DNA from: Octopus vulgaris
Taxonomy: Eukaryota
Assembly (NCBI GenBank): GCA_951406725.2
Contig: OX597816.1
Location: 43,338,001-43,402,000, forward strand
DNA: 64,000 nucleotides
Direction of reading: 5' to 3'
Shown here: positions 28,858 to 41,611 of the stretch, in pieces
Layout: the number at the start of each line of letters is the position of its first letter
Position numbering within the stretch: the stretch's first letter is position 1
The notes under the pieces: model-generated
The model's input: the letters and a program-made list of their open reading frames with translations, nothing else
Database searches by the model: none
What the model was told of the DNA's origin: nothing
Program-made: the position numbers and the translations under genes

Positions 28858-30071
28858 TCGTGTTGTCCATAAAATAATGCATCTTTTTCAATTGCATGAA
28901 CAGATGGGGACGGGATAAACTCCTTGTATAAACTTGCTTTAAAAGCAGGTAGTAATTTTACCTCGTACTTATTCCTGGTGCAAGTTTTGAAGAGTGTAGT
29001 TCGATTTTAACAGTTACTTTTTCAAAGCTATAATGGAAGTGACAAAGTAACATATCCGCTATATTTTGCTTTATGAGGCAACAACGCAACGGATAATGCG
29101 AGGAATATTACTGAAGCATGTGGGGATCGGACAATAAGCGTAAACCAGAGTCAACGCTAGTTCCAGAAATTTCGAGTGGGAAACTACAGCCTAAAGGACG
29201 AGTTTCGTCCTAAAAGATCTGTAGAGCTCGATAAGGACGTCCTGCAAACCCCAGTAGAACAAAATCTCATCGTACCTGTTGAGGAACTGGTAAGGAAGTG
29301 TGGATTTGGTCATTCAACCATTCATCGATAACTGCGTGCAATCGGAAATGTCAGCAAATCGGGTCAAGGGGTTCCTCACAAATTTTCCGAGTTTAATCAC
29401 GCACAGAGAGCGGAAGTGTGCACTTCTTTGCTGCCCCGTCTCACGAATGAACCTTTTTTGGACCGAATATTGAGTGGTGACGAGAAATGGGTTCTCTATA
29501 AAAATGTCAAGCGCCGAATGGAAAAGAGAAACACCGGCACCCCAGGCTAAAGAAGGTTTTCACCCACGTAAGGCGTTGTTATCTGTTTGGTGGGATATGA
29601 AAGGTTTAGTCCACTTTGAACTTTTAAACCCAAACCAAACGATAACAAAGGAGATCTACTGCGAGAAGCGTGAATGGCTTAAGTTAACACTAGAAGAAAA
29701 ACGACCATCTTTGGTATCAAAGCGAAAGATGTTCTTCCATTAGGATAATGCTTGGTCACATATAGCGAGGATGACATTCCAAAGGTTGTAGCAGTTTGAA
29801 TGGGAAATGATGCCCCACCCACCATATTCGACGGACATTACCCCATTTGATTATCATTTATTCCGCAGTCTTCAAAACCATTTGGACAGAAAAAACCCTG
29901 AATTCTGTAGACGAGGTCAGAACAGTGCCGGAGGAGTATTTTTTATCAAAACAAGTGAATTTTGGAAGAAGGGCCTTGAAAGACTACCAGATAGATAGAA
30001 GAGCATTGTAGACAATGAAGGGGAGTATATTTTTAGATGAAAAACACCGCATTATTTATGGGATGACCCAA
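28858..30071 (+). mobile_element. Full-length but decayed mariner (DD34D) transposon
   Basis: Imperfect TIRs (TCGTGTTGTCCATAAAATAATGC / GCATTATTTATGGGATGACCCAA), TA at the right end; pseudogene from ATG 29033 with GVPH (WVPH), SGDEKW, HPRKALLSVWWD, H*DNA and HPPYSTDITPFDYHLF motifs, multiple stops and frameshifts. Confidence 0.92.
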
Positions 30072-30395
30072 TAAATTCTCTCAATAGACGGGACGCTGGT
30101 AGACCGCAAGATTACTCGTTTTTGACAACTGACTGGGTTCGAGCGACATGAAATGAAGTGTTTTGATGAAGGGCACAATGCAAATCTCGGTCAGGGAATC
30201 GAAACTGCAATCATGAGTGCAACAATGTAACTACTAGAACCTTAGTTTATCGTTTTTGAAATTTGAATATATTTTACCTCTTTTAATGAAATGGGACAAT
30301 GACAAGTATAAAAAAAAAATTAGCATTTCTGACATCTGTTTCTATTCACTTTCAGTCAAAGCGGCTTTATACATTTGTACTGTATGCAGAGAAGG

Positions 30396-30786
30396 TGGAG
30401 GCGCAATGGCCCAGTTGTTAGGGCAGCGGACTCGCGGTCGTAGGATCGCGGTTTCGACTCCCAGACCGGGCGTTGTGAGTGTTTATTGAGCGAAAAACAC
30501 CTAAAGCTCCACGCGGCTCCGGCAGGGATGGTGGTGATCCCTGCTGTACTCTTTCACCACAACTTTCTCTCACTCTTACTTCCTGTTTCTGCTGTACCTG
30601 TATTTCAAAGGGCCGGCCTTGTCACTCTCTGTGTCACGCTGAATATCCCCGAGAACTACGTTAAGGGTACACGTGTCTGTGGAGTGCTCAGCCACTTACA
30701 CGTTAATTTCACGAGCAGGCTGTTCCGTTGATCGGATCAACCGGAACCCTCGTCGTCGTAACCGACGGAGTGCTTCTAAAAAAAAA
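30396..30786 (+). mobile_element. SINE family C with A-tail and 12-bp TSD
   Basis: TSD ATGCAGAGAAGG at 30384-30395 and 30787-30798. Confidence 0.92.
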
Positions 30787-31242
30787 ATGCAGAGAAGGCG
30801 CTTTAACTGAAAGAACAGCACAGAATGCAAAGAGTAGAAATTCGACCGTACAAATTCATTACGTGCAGTCTAACCCTTTCAGTTCAACGAAGATCGATTG
30901 CATGAATTCGTCTACAAGGATCTGCACCAGTCCATAAGGGAACTGGCCCAGCAGATGGAATACTCTTATGATACCGTCCCCTTTCACATTCATTCGATGG
31001 GATTCAAGTAAATATATATTCTGTTTTATCTTCTGCTTGTTTCAGTCAATAGACTACTGCTATGTCTGTGAAATTTTAATCGAATGAATGTTCCCCAAGT
31101 ATTTTCTTTTTAAGTCTGGTACTTATTCCATTGGACCCTTTTGCTCAACAATTAAGATATGCGGACATATGCAAACCGACAGTGGTTGTCAAACGATGGT
31201 GGGGTGCAAACACAGACACAAAGACGCGCACGCGTACATGCT

Positions 31243-31297
<55 letters not shown>

Positions 31298-31469
31298 GAT
31301 CCCCACTACAGGTTATAGTGGTTACCAGTCCCTATAGCGAGTAGTAATAAATCTACTACTAATATAGGATGAAGTTTTTATTCTACAGAAAAAAAATTCC
31401 ATCAAAAAATGTGGCAGCATATTAAAATACCTTTACGGTTAAAATTATAAACAACTTATAAGTAAAGGC

Positions 31470-31975
31470 TAAAGAAAATTTTGTTGCCACTCTCATTTGC
31501 AATACCTCGCTCAAAATTCGTTGGCAGGAACTCCAGGACACACCAACCATATCAACAAATTCGTCACTTGTTCGGTGACGGTCTTCCAAGATCAGTTCCT
31601 GAGTGAGGTTGGTCTTCAAGCGACAAGTGACCATTCATAAAGCATGGAAACCACTTGTAAACTTGTGTTTTGCTCATAGCAGCGTCCTTGAAAGCTGTTT
31701 GAAGCATGGCTACTGTTTCGTTTTCCCCAGTAAAAAACAGAATTTCAGGGAAGCATACTATTCCTTCGTTTCAGCCATAACAAAAATCCACGAACATGGG
31801 AGAATCACTTCAAAACAAAGACTCACCACTTGGCAGTGCTTGCACACAGGACAACGCTAGTCGGTAGACTGGTGCCTGAAGGTCGCATAAAGTGGTTTCT
31901 AGCAGTTGAAGCTTGAACTACGACGGGTTTGTCCCACAGAGAATGTTTCCGCTCACTTTCGGATACCCTTTCGCA
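31470..31975 (-). pseudogene. 5' part of a second mariner-family transposon (N-terminal HTH region)
   Basis: MAETKE*YASLKFC start and ILEDRHRTSDEFVDMVGVSWSSCQRILSEVLQMRVATKF, typical of mariner HTH2 before WVP. Confidence 0.75.
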
Positions 31976-32468
31976 TAAAAGATTTGTTCAAAAGTAAACC
32001 TACATAAGTTTTAAATATTCTTACTCTGATTCAACTATGGAACGATAACAACTTAAAAATAAAAACAATTCATTAAGAAATATAAGCTATACTTAAAGAT
32101 TAATTATTAATCATTTCTACAGTATTTATGTATAACGTTCCTTGTTATGAGAAACATTAATAACGTTCCTCCTTAACTTCACGTCTCCCGCTATGAAGAA
32201 AACTTCAAACTCCCACCGTTATAGCTAATTCGCCATGAATATATCTCAGTAAGTGTTGAAATACTGTATGATGGATTAATGTGGCAATATATGTGTCTAG
32301 TTTCCCCAGTATATCTCGCCGCTTGTTAATCATTATTTTCTTATATGATTTAACTTATACGGAGCTATTCAACTATTTATAACTTCTACACGCACACATA
32401 GACACATCCATATGCATTCATATGTGTGTGTGTACACTTATATATATGTATGCACGTATGTATATATA

Positions 32469-32533
<65 letters not shown>

Positions 32534-32930
32534 ATATACATATATATATAAATATATATATACATGTACGTATGTATGTTTGTGTGTAAGTATATATAAA
32601 TATATATATGTGTGTGTCTCCATACATATATATATATATATATTTGTGTGTATGTATATATACATATATGTATGCACATCTATGTGTGTGTGTGTGCATG
32701 TGTGCATATGTATGCATGTATTTATATGCATACATGTATATGAGTATGTGTCTACGTGCGGTTCTTAATGTCGAACTAATGAGAAAGGAGTGTTCAATAC
32801 TTTTATTTGTTTCAGTCATTTGACTGTGGCCATGCTGGAGCACCGCCTGTAGTCAGGCATATCAACCCCACGACTTATTCTTTGTAAGCCTAGTACTTAT
32901 TCGATCGGTCTCTTTTGCCGGTCTCTTTTG

Positions 32931-33318
32931 CGCAGGAGTGGCTGTGTGGTAAGTAGCTTGTTTACCAACCACATGGTTCCGGGTTCAGTCCCACTGCGTG
33001 GCACCTTGGGCAAGTGTCTTCTACTATAGCCTCGGGCCGACCAAAGCCTTGTGAGTGGATTTGGTAGACGGAAACTGAAAGAAGCCCGTCGTATATATGT
33101 ATATATATGCGTGTGTGTGTTTGTGTGTCTGCGTTTGTCCCCTAGCATTGCTTGATGACCGATGCTGGTGTGTTTATGTCCCCGTTTCTTAGCGGTTCGG
33201 CCAAAGAGACCGATAGAATAAGTACTGGGCTTACAAAAGAATAAGAGTTGCTCGATTAAAGGCGGTGCTCCAGCATGGCCGCAGTCAAATGACTGAAACA
33301 AGTAAAAGAGTAAAAGAG
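32931..33318 (+). mobile_element. SINE family A copy abutting an inverted 3' fragment (32800-32919, minus)
   Basis: Full-length match; GGTCTCTTTTGC duplicated at the junction. Confidence 0.9.
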
Positions 33319-34440
33319 TACACATACAAAAATACATACATACATACATACATACATACATACATACATACATTAAACAGAAGAGGAAGCGACGAACGGA
33401 AAACTTACACATACCATGTACGTACTCTTTCCTCATCAGCTATCGTTCAAAAAATTGTTACATTTTTCACGCATAAATACCTAAGTACGCACATACATAA
33501 ATACATTTTCAGACAAAAACCTGGAAACACAAACGCGCAAATTACACACCCACCTACACAGACATTGACAAAGAATCATGTATTTGGGAGTGTGACTTTG
33601 TGTGTGTGTGTATGTGTGCGTGTGTGCGTGTGTGTGTATGTGCACGCTTACGTGTGTGTCGTCTCTCAAGTACGAGTACTGTGTGAGCTGGATTTTCCTC
33701 ATAATTGCTAGCTGCAATATTGTTAATTTCCAAGCCTCATGCAAACATACATTCACAGACATACGCGCGCTCGCACTCATATGTACATACATACAACACG
33801 CATACATACATACATGCATAAACGCACACATACAAATACACGTATGCATTTACATACGTACATGCTTATGTATATTTGTATGTATGAGTGCATGATATAT
33901 TTGTGCATACATGCGTTTCAAAGGATTAATTTAATGAATAATCGAGTAATTTTCGCAGTTAATGACTGGAACCATGGGAACCATGGTTCTGCAACTACTG
34001 TTTCAAAGTGTTTAAAATCCTCAGAAACATTAACACTTCTGCCAGAAAACCTGAACAAGCTAAAGAGGGAACCTGTGCCTGGCTACCTGAACGGCTAGAA
34101 ATAGCAACCAGATATTTCTGAAGCTCACCCTGCTGTTTCAAATAATGAACATTTTTCGGAAATATAGTCGTGTGTAGTCCTACGATGCAGGATGGTCGTG
34201 GCTGGATTGTTTATGATTATACGTTGTCCTAGTTGTAAACAACATCAACTTTAAGCTTGTAGATGCAGTTTTTAATAAAGTGAAATAAAAACTATTGTAT
34301 TTTTACAAACATAGAAATTAATGTGCACTGTAACATGCACATCAGCACATACATATACATACACACTCGTACATCCATACACACAAAGAGAAGACATACA
34401 TAATTACATACATACACAAATACATACATACATACATACA

Positions 34441-34472
<32 letters not shown>

Positions 34473-34494
34473 AATTTGTACAATAAGATATAGT

Positions 34495-34790
34495 GGAGGC
34501 GCAATGGCCCAGTGGTTAGGGCAGCGAACTCGCGGTCGGAAGATCGCGGTTTCGATTCCCAGACCGGGCGAAAACACCTAAAAGCTGCACGAGGCTCCGG
34601 CAGAGGGGTGGTGGTGATCCCTGTTTTATTCTTTCGCCACAACTTCCTCTCACTCTCTCTTCCTGTTTCTTGAATAACGTTGCGATGGACTGGTGGTAAC
34701 ATATACACTCTCGTCCAGCTGGTGGTAACACATACGCCACAGAAACCGGGAAACTGGGCCCATGAAGCTGGCTAGGCTTGAAAAGGGTGA
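34495..34790 (+). mobile_element. SINE with family C head and a different tail (likely OR2-type)
   Basis: Same GGAGGCGCAATGGCCCAGTGG head; diverges after CTTCCTGTTTCT into a ...CAGAAACCGGGAAACTGGGCCC tail. Confidence 0.8.
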
Positions 34791-35167
34791 CGTTTATCGT
34801 TACTATAAATTATAGATTCAGAGAATCATGTGGCTATCACACAAAGATCTTCGTACGGACTCGGCGAACAGTCCACATAGTAACCCTGTACAGAGCAATT
34901 ACCATGATAGTCTGATGAACTAGCTTTCTTTATTTGAATTGCTTTCTAAATATACAGTTGTATTGTATAATGCCTAGCGTACGCATTAATGCAAAAATAT
35001 AAACATAATTTCTTCAATACTAAAGTTAATATTACACGAAGAAGGTTGCGAAATGGCTGTAACCCTGAAGATATTACGTGGTTACATAAATACATATTCT
35101 ACTCTCATATCACCAGACGTTTTTGGTTTACATACACGCATACATATATACAAAAGCATACAAACAA

Positions 35168-35204
<37 letters not shown>

Positions 35205-35952
35205 CGTACATACATACATACATACATACATACATACATACATACATACATACATACATGGAACTCACAAAAATGCTCGCACGCACGTACGCAGATAAAC
35301 ATAATGAAAAGAACTTCTATCGCATAGCACAGAATCTGTACAAAGTTGCCTGCCTGCCTGCCCGTCCGTACATGCCAAAAAAATCTCGAGAAATTAAATC
35401 CAGAACGATCTCCTCTTCCTCGGCGAATCAATCTATTTCGAAACCCGCCTTCTCTCTAATCACCTCGGTCTACTGACATTCCAGAACTCTACTGATCCCA
35501 CCGATCACTCATTAAAGGAGACCTCAGTGCCACAGTAAACTAAATACTACGTGACTGAATACGTAATATACTCCTCAATCACTGCTCGTGAAGCATGATA
35601 GCTCTCTAGCTTCTGTGAAGCTAGACGTCTGAGTGAGTGAGTCATTGGCTAGGAAGTTTTACAATCCCCTACCGATGTGCCACAATTACGATCAAGTAGA
35701 ATTGATTAGACCCAGATAATATTCTCACTAGTGCCACCACCATGACTACAACTACTGATGATGTTGATGACGATGTTATGTCATCCGTCAGTTTTAAAGA
35801 TGAGCATAGGGTTGTCCGATCAACTAAATTGCTTACCCGTTAAATTACTTTCCAAATTATCTAGGCTTTCGTATTGCATGCAGACTCTACCTAACAAGTT
35901 TTCATACAGTGCTTGTTGTATGACTCATCTCTAATCGAGCCAACATCTTTTA

Positions 35953-36156
35953 TACTCTCTTTTACTCTTTTACTTGTTTCAGTTATTTCCCTACGGCCAT
36001 GCTGGAGCACCGCCTTTAGTCGATCAAATCGACCCCAGGAATTATTTTTGTAAGCCTAGTACTTATTCTATCGGTGTGTTTTGCCGAACCGCTAAGTTAC
36101 GGAGACGGAAACACACCAGCATCTGTTGTCAGGCGATGTTGGGGGGACAAACACAG

Positions 36157-36235
<79 letters not shown>

Positions 36236-36389
36236 TACGACGTGTTTCTTGCAGTTTCCGTCTACCAAATCCACTCACAAGGCTTTGATCGGCGCGAGGC
36301 TATAGTAAAAGACACTTGCCCAAGGTGCCACGCAGTGTGACTGGACCCAGAACAATGTGGTTGGTTAGCAAGCTACTTACCACACAGCT
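35953..36389 (-). mobile_element. SINE family A copy
   Basis: Reverse-complement match to 560-948. Confidence 0.9.
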
Positions 36390-36489
36390 ACCATGTTGAA
36401 CCGTTAATCCCTACACATTTTTTCTCTTGCCCTTATTTTTCTTTCTTTTTTTTTTTTTCGTTATCTCCACATTTTTGTCCACCTCAATC

Positions 36490-36525
36490 CTTTCTGTCGA
36501 AGAGCGTAGATTCGAACTGTCAAAG
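36490..36525 (+). ncRNA. Degenerate hammerhead, old relative of the 46.3/56.4/59.5-kb family
   Basis: CTTT-CTGTCGA-AGAGCGTAGATTC-GAACTGTC-AAAG within a similar pyrimidine-rich ~220-bp context. Confidence 0.45.
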
Positions 36526-37392
36526 ACTTTTGCATTCTTCCCGAGTGTCGAATTAATACACTGCTTGTAGTTCTCTCACCTGTCTTCGTCTTTTGTTTTC
36601 TGTGAATTTGAACTACATATACAATGGACTCTCCCGTGGTTAGACGACGTATGAGTGTTCGACTATTTCTTACCGAATAACCACACAGATGATTTGTTTA
36701 TAGTGATCAAATGTTTGTGTAAATTTAAGCTCACTCTCTCCATCAAATCAACATTACCTGTACAGGTGCAACTGGATACGACAAGTCAGATGTTGAAATG
36801 ATCGCAGAGCAACGTGAAATGAAGAGTCTTGCTCAAGAACACAACGCAACGCCCGGTATGGGAGTCGAACCCACGATCTCGCAATTGTGAGTGCAGGTCA
36901 TTCAACTCAACTCAACTCAAGCTAACATAATCTCTCCTTGTCTTTAATCTCAAGACTTTTGAACTCTACAATCCTACTATACTACTACACTCTTTTACTA
37001 CCATCGGAGGATAAATTTATACAAATCTATATACAACCTGAAGAAAGAGGAACAACCCAAAACTAAATACTAAACCCAAGACTAGTTCTAAAACTAGTCC
37101 CGTGAGTAGAATTCTTTTTTCTTGGTCTGTATCAAACACACCGCTCATCCCGATTGTACTAATTAGATTGTACTAATTACACTGAACTCTCACACACACA
37201 AGCCACGAATTTCCGAGTATATCGACACAAACTTTCCAACGGTGTATTCACTATTTACCGAGTATATCGACACAAACATTTCAACAGTGTGTTCACTATT
37301 TTACATCAAGCCATCAATAACTGGTGTACACATACATACACACGCATACACATACATACATATATATATTACACAACACTACCCCACTGAAT

Positions 37393-38538
37393 ATGGCCAA
37401 TAATTTTCAAAAACGCCGCTGGGTTGAAAATGAAATTACTGCAATGATTAACGCTTGGTTCATCCATCACAACGAAGCTAATGTTTATAGCAAAATAACT
37501 GAGGATTTAACGAAAAAATCCTTTCACAGATCTGTAAAACAGATAGAAAATAAATTAAAAGAAATTGTTAGGATATTCCCTATTTTTCACGCGCCCATGG
37601 CTACACTAAAAGCCATTCTTGCCAACGAATCCAGTACAACAAATGACCAAATCCCAACAGGTCAGTGGTCACTTCAACAGCAACAATCAACTGACCTACT
37701 TCCATTGACAACAGCACCTGATGAACCAAGTCAAGTCTCACCTTCGCTACAGCAACAAAAACAACAACAACAACACTCTAATACTACCACTAGTCAAGTT
37801 CCAATGCTGCTACAACTCCCCACTACTGCCACAATAGGAAAACCACTACTACATCCGCGTAAAACCATCTGCCACTACTACTCTCAAGGCAGCTGCAGAT
37901 TTGACCACATACTGGCAAGCCAGAACCCACCATCACAAAATCAACAAGCTGCTTCTAACACCACCACCACCACCACCACTACTACTACTGCCAAAATAGA
38001 AAAACCACTACTACAACCAAATAAAACCCCCTGCCGTTACTATTCTAAAGGCACTTGTAGATTTGGCCCCAGCGGCACAAACAAAAATGGATGCTGTGCT
38101 TTTCCCCACCCGACCTTATGTCGTAGACTTGCTATGGGCACCTGTCCATACGGTATAACAGGAAAAAATTGCCCCCACCTCCACCCCAAATACTGTCCTA
38201 AATACAGAATCTATGGTTCTGACCCTAAATACGGATGCATAAGAGGCAATGGATGCACCTTATTCCATCCTAAACTGTGCCAAACTTCTGTCTCACAAAG
38301 GATGTGCCTGAACCCAGAATGCAACAACCACCATCTGAAGGGCACAAAACGATCACAGAATAGATATGAACAGGAACAGAGGAAATCTAGGTCAACAACA
38401 AGAACAAAATACAACCACGTTTCCCCTCCTACAATCAAACTACGTAGACAGAACCAGGAAAAAACACCAAATAACGCCAACTTGAAATATGTATCCCTGA
38501 CCAAGTGGCAAACCAAACAAGTAACTCTTTTTTACTGA
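37393..38538 (+). CDS. LINE ORF1: Myb/SANT (trihelix)-like N-terminus, Q/T-rich linker, four tandem CCCH zinc fingers; probably extends to 38663 across a 1-nt frameshift
   Basis: First ATG at 37393 (MANNFQKRRWVENEITAMINAW...RSVKQIENKLKEI); fingers CRYYSKGTC..C..H, CRRLAMGTC..C..H, CPKY..GC..GC..H, CQTS..MC..C..H. Confidence 0.85.
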   Translation: MANNFQKRRWVENEITAMINAWFIHHNEANVYSKITEDLTKKSFHRSVKQIENKLKEIVRIFPIFHAPMATLKAILANESSTTNDQIPTGQWSLQQQQSTDLLPLTTAPDEPSQVSPSLQQQKQQQQHSNTTTSQVPMLLQLPTTATIGKPLLHPRKTICHYYSQGSCRFDHILASQNPPSQNQQAASNTTTTTTTTTTAKIEKPLLQPNKTPCRYYSKGTCRFGPSGTNKNGCCAFPHPTLCRRLAMGTCPYGITGKNCPHLHPKYCPKYRIYGSDPKYGCIRGNGCTLFHPKLCQTSVSQRMCLNPECNNHHLKGTKRSQNRYEQEQRKSRSTTRTKYNHVSPPTIKLRRQNQEKTPNNANLKYVSLTKWQTKQVTLFY

Positions 38539-38602
38539 CATACCTGGAAAATATGAAGGCCGACCTAAGCCAGGAGATCCAGCGAGCCATCACCAACCAT
38601 CT

Positions 38603-41600
38603 ATGCAAATCACAAGGACCACTCACCCATTACCAACTTCCCTTACCTCGACATTCCTGTTAAATGTACGTGGCATCAACCCATCAATTATTGCCCAAAA
38701 ATGGAAGATCCCATATATAGAGAGTTGGCTTGCCGAAATGGCACATTGCTTCCCTTTCTTTATCCTTACCGAGACTCACCTGAACAACACCCATATGGAC
38801 GCAGAGGTGAAAATAAAAGATTTCACCATTGTTCGTGCGGATTGCACAGACCGAAATAAGGGAGGGACAGCCATCTTTATCCATGACTCCTTTTCACTTG
38901 ATGCCAAGGACACATTTTCCAATGGCTACTGTGAATCGGTATCAGTATACAACAAAGCCAAGGACATAACCATTGTTGGTCTTTACAGGCCTCCCCAGGC
39001 ACCTCTAAAGTACTTTGAAGAGTGCCTTAGCAAAGTCAAGTCCTTCCTTCGGAAGTACCACTCCGGAAACATAATAGTGATGGGTGATTTTAACCTCCCT
39101 CATATGAACTGGCCCACAAATACTCCGAAGTTAGGCAAGTGCTCTACATCAGATAGGGCAGCAGCAGAACTGCTCTTTAATCTGATGGATGAGTATTTCC
39201 TGACTCAGCTAGTGCTTGAACCAACGAGACAGAATAAAACGATCTTGGATCTGGTACTGACCAATCACTCTAGCTACGTTCACAGCATTTCAGTCGAAAA
39301 AACTCTCCTCTCAGACCACGACATGGTACTCTGCAATCTTAATTCCCGACGTATAAAAACCAAACCAGCCAATCCCACTCCATGGCACCCATTTGACAAC
39401 ATAAATTTCCACAAAGCGGACTGGGGAACAATCAGAAAGGATCTGTCTTCCATCGACTGGTCTTTTACTCTCAATTCCCCTCATATTGAGACCGCGTGGC
39501 AGCACTTTGAAACCATTGTCACCGACACATGCTCTAAACACGCTCCCAAGAAATCTACTAACACAAACAGAAACCGGCTCCCTAAAAAGAAAAAAACACT
39601 CATCAGGCGCATCAAAAGACTCAACAAAAAAATCAACCAATTAAAATATTCCCACACGCAACATCCACATTCAACAACAATGAAAAGACTAGAGCTGGAA
39701 AAACTTCATCTGCAGACTAACATGAAAACCTCCATTGAAAATCAAAGAGCTGTGGAGGAACAATGGGTAATCAAAAACATCAAACAGAACCCAAAAGTGT
39801 TCTATTCTTATGCAAATAAGCATAGAAACACTGTCTCACCTATTGGGCCATTGATTGATGAAAACGGCATTCCCCAACACGATGCTAAAGAAATGGCAGA
39901 AATACTGCAGAAACAATATTGCTCTGTCTTCAGTGTTCCCACTGATATTGATGTGAGGGAAACGAACGAAGCTGACTCCCAACACAAAATCGCAGACATA
40001 ACCTTCACTGCCACCGACATCGTAGCAGCAATAAATGAGGTCAAACATTACTCCGCTGTAGGCCCTGATAGATTTCCCGCCAGTCTCCTGAAGGAATGTA
40101 GATATCAACTTGCAGTCCCTCTGACCAACCTCTGGAGAAACTCGTTAGACGCAGGTTATATACCGAAAAAGTTTCTATCCCAGTCGGTCATACCGGTTTT
40201 CAAACAGGGAAACAGATCCCTCGCAGTCAACTATCGCCCAATCTCACTCACCTCCCACATCATTAAAGTGTTTGAAAGAGTGTTAAGATCAAGGATAGCT
40301 GACTTCCTGGAGACCCACAAACTCCTAAATTCAAATCAACATGGCTTTCGCTGTGGCAGGGACTGTCTAACACAGCTCTTACACCACATTGAAGATGTAC
40401 TCAAAGCCTTGGGAACAGGTTCGAACTCTGACGTCATATACCTTGACTTCAGTAAAGCGTTCGACAGGGTAGACCATAACATCCTACTCTCAAAATTGGC
40501 AAATGTTGGAATCCGTGGAAAAGTTCTACACTGGATTCAGTATTTCCTAGCGAATAGAACACAACATGTTGTAGTTGATGGAGTCCACTCAAACCCAGCA
40601 AAAGTCACCAGCGGTGTTCCCCAGGGAACTGTTTTGGGTCCGCTACTCTTCATAATTTATGTAAACGACCTTTCCAGTGTCGTACATCACTGCAAAGTGA
40701 AAATATTCGCTGATGACACTAAGCTCCAGCAAATCGTCAATGAAGAAGCAGACCGAACTCAACTCCAGTCTGACCTATATGCTGTGAGTCAATGGGCAGA
40801 CAGAAACAAAATGCAACTGAATGAGGGAAAATTTGAGCTGATGCATTTTGGAAGAAATTCCTCACTAAAACAACCATACTCTCTTCCTTCAGGGGAACCG
40901 CTCACAGCCTCTAACAATATCAGAGACCTGGGTGTAATTGTTGATGACGATCTCAGTTGGAGTGCACACATCAACAAGAAGGTCGATACAGCTCGTAGGA
41001 TGAGTTCCTGGATCTTAAGAACTTTCCGGTCCAGAGAACAAGGTGTCATCATACCACTTTTTTCATCCTTTGTACGGCCACACCTTGAATACTGCTGCCC
41101 ACTGTGGTCTCCTCACACAAGACAAAACATCTCCAGAATTGAGTCACCCCAGAGGGCTCTCTCTAAACAAATTGAAGGCATGGCTGCTCTCGACTATTGG
41201 GATCGCCTTAAAGCCTTGAAACTTTACTCCCTCCAGCGTCGCCGTGAGCGGTACATCATTTGTACGATGTGGAAAATATACCGCCAACTTTGCCCAAACG
41301 ACCTAAACATTAGCTTCAAGGTTCATCCGAGACTTGGACCACGAGCTATACGTCCCCTGCCAAATTCAAGATCACAACATACATGTACACTGCAACATAA
41401 TTTCTTTTCCTCAACAGGCCCTGCGCTATTTAACATTGTCCCGAGGGAGATCAAAGAGGAAAAGGATCCCATCAACTTCAAACAGAGTCTGGATAGATTC
41501 CTTCAAAGAATACCAGACAAGCCACCCATAATTGGATACAACTCACCCAACAAGAACTCACTACTTGAACAAAACTGGATACAACTCACCCAACAAGAAC

Positions 41601-41611
41601 TCACTACTTGA
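38603..41611 (+). CDS. LINE ORF2: apurinic-like endonuclease plus reverse transcriptase, 1002 aa, uninterrupted
   Basis: APE motifs NVRG, TETHL, YRPP, GDFN, LDLVL, SDH; RT motifs YRPISLTS, QHGFR, LDFSKAFD, GVPQGTVLGP, FADD; CR1-group C-terminal RPHLEY..WSP and LYSLQRRR. Confidence 0.97.
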   Translation: MQITRTTHPLPTSLTSTFLLNVRGINPSIIAQKWKIPYIESWLAEMAHCFPFFILTETHLNNTHMDAEVKIKDFTIVRADCTDRNKGGTAIFIHDSFSLDAKDTFSNGYCESVSVYNKAKDITIVGLYRPPQAPLKYFEECLSKVKSFLRKYHSGNIIVMGDFNLPHMNWPTNTPKLGKCSTSDRAAAELLFNLMDEYFLTQLVLEPTRQNKTILDLVLTNHSSYVHSISVEKTLLSDHDMVLCNLNSRRIKTKPANPTPWHPFDNINFHKADWGTIRKDLSSIDWSFTLNSPHIETAWQHFETIVTDTCSKHAPKKSTNTNRNRLPKKKKTLIRRIKRLNKKINQLKYSHTQHPHSTTMKRLELEKLHLQTNMKTSIENQRAVEEQWVIKNIKQNPKVFYSYANKHRNTVSPIGPLIDENGIPQHDAKEMAEILQKQYCSVFSVPTDIDVRETNEADSQHKIADITFTATDIVAAINEVKHYSAVGPDRFPASLLKECRYQLAVPLTNLWRNSLDAGYIPKKFLSQSVIPVFKQGNRSLAVNYRPISLTSHIIKVFERVLRSRIADFLETHKLLNSNQHGFRCGRDCLTQLLHHIEDVLKALGTGSNSDVIYLDFSKAFDRVDHNILLSKLANVGIRGKVLHWIQYFLANRTQHVVVDGVHSNPAKVTSGVPQGTVLGPLLFIIYVNDLSSVVHHCKVKIFADDTKLQQIVNEEADRTQLQSDLYAVSQWADRNKMQLNEGKFELMHFGRNSSLKQPYSLPSGEPLTASNNIRDLGVIVDDDLSWSAHINKKVDTARRMSSWILRTFRSREQGVIIPLFSSFVRPHLEYCCPLWSPHTRQNISRIESPQRALSKQIEGMAALDYWDRLKALKLYSLQRRRERYIICTMWKIYRQLCPNDLNISFKVHPRLGPRAIRPLPNSRSQHTCTLQHNFFSSTGPALFNIVPREIKEEKDPINFKQSLDRFLQRIPDKPPIIGYNSPNKNSLLEQNWIQLTQQELTT

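Noticed and set aside
38527-38538. Programmed -1 frameshift site in ORF1
   Set aside because: In-frame T TTT TAC does not fit X XXY YYZ; a homopolymer indel is simpler
38684-41052. Antisense ORFs within the LINE
   Set aside because: Short shadow frames of ORF2 with no motifs
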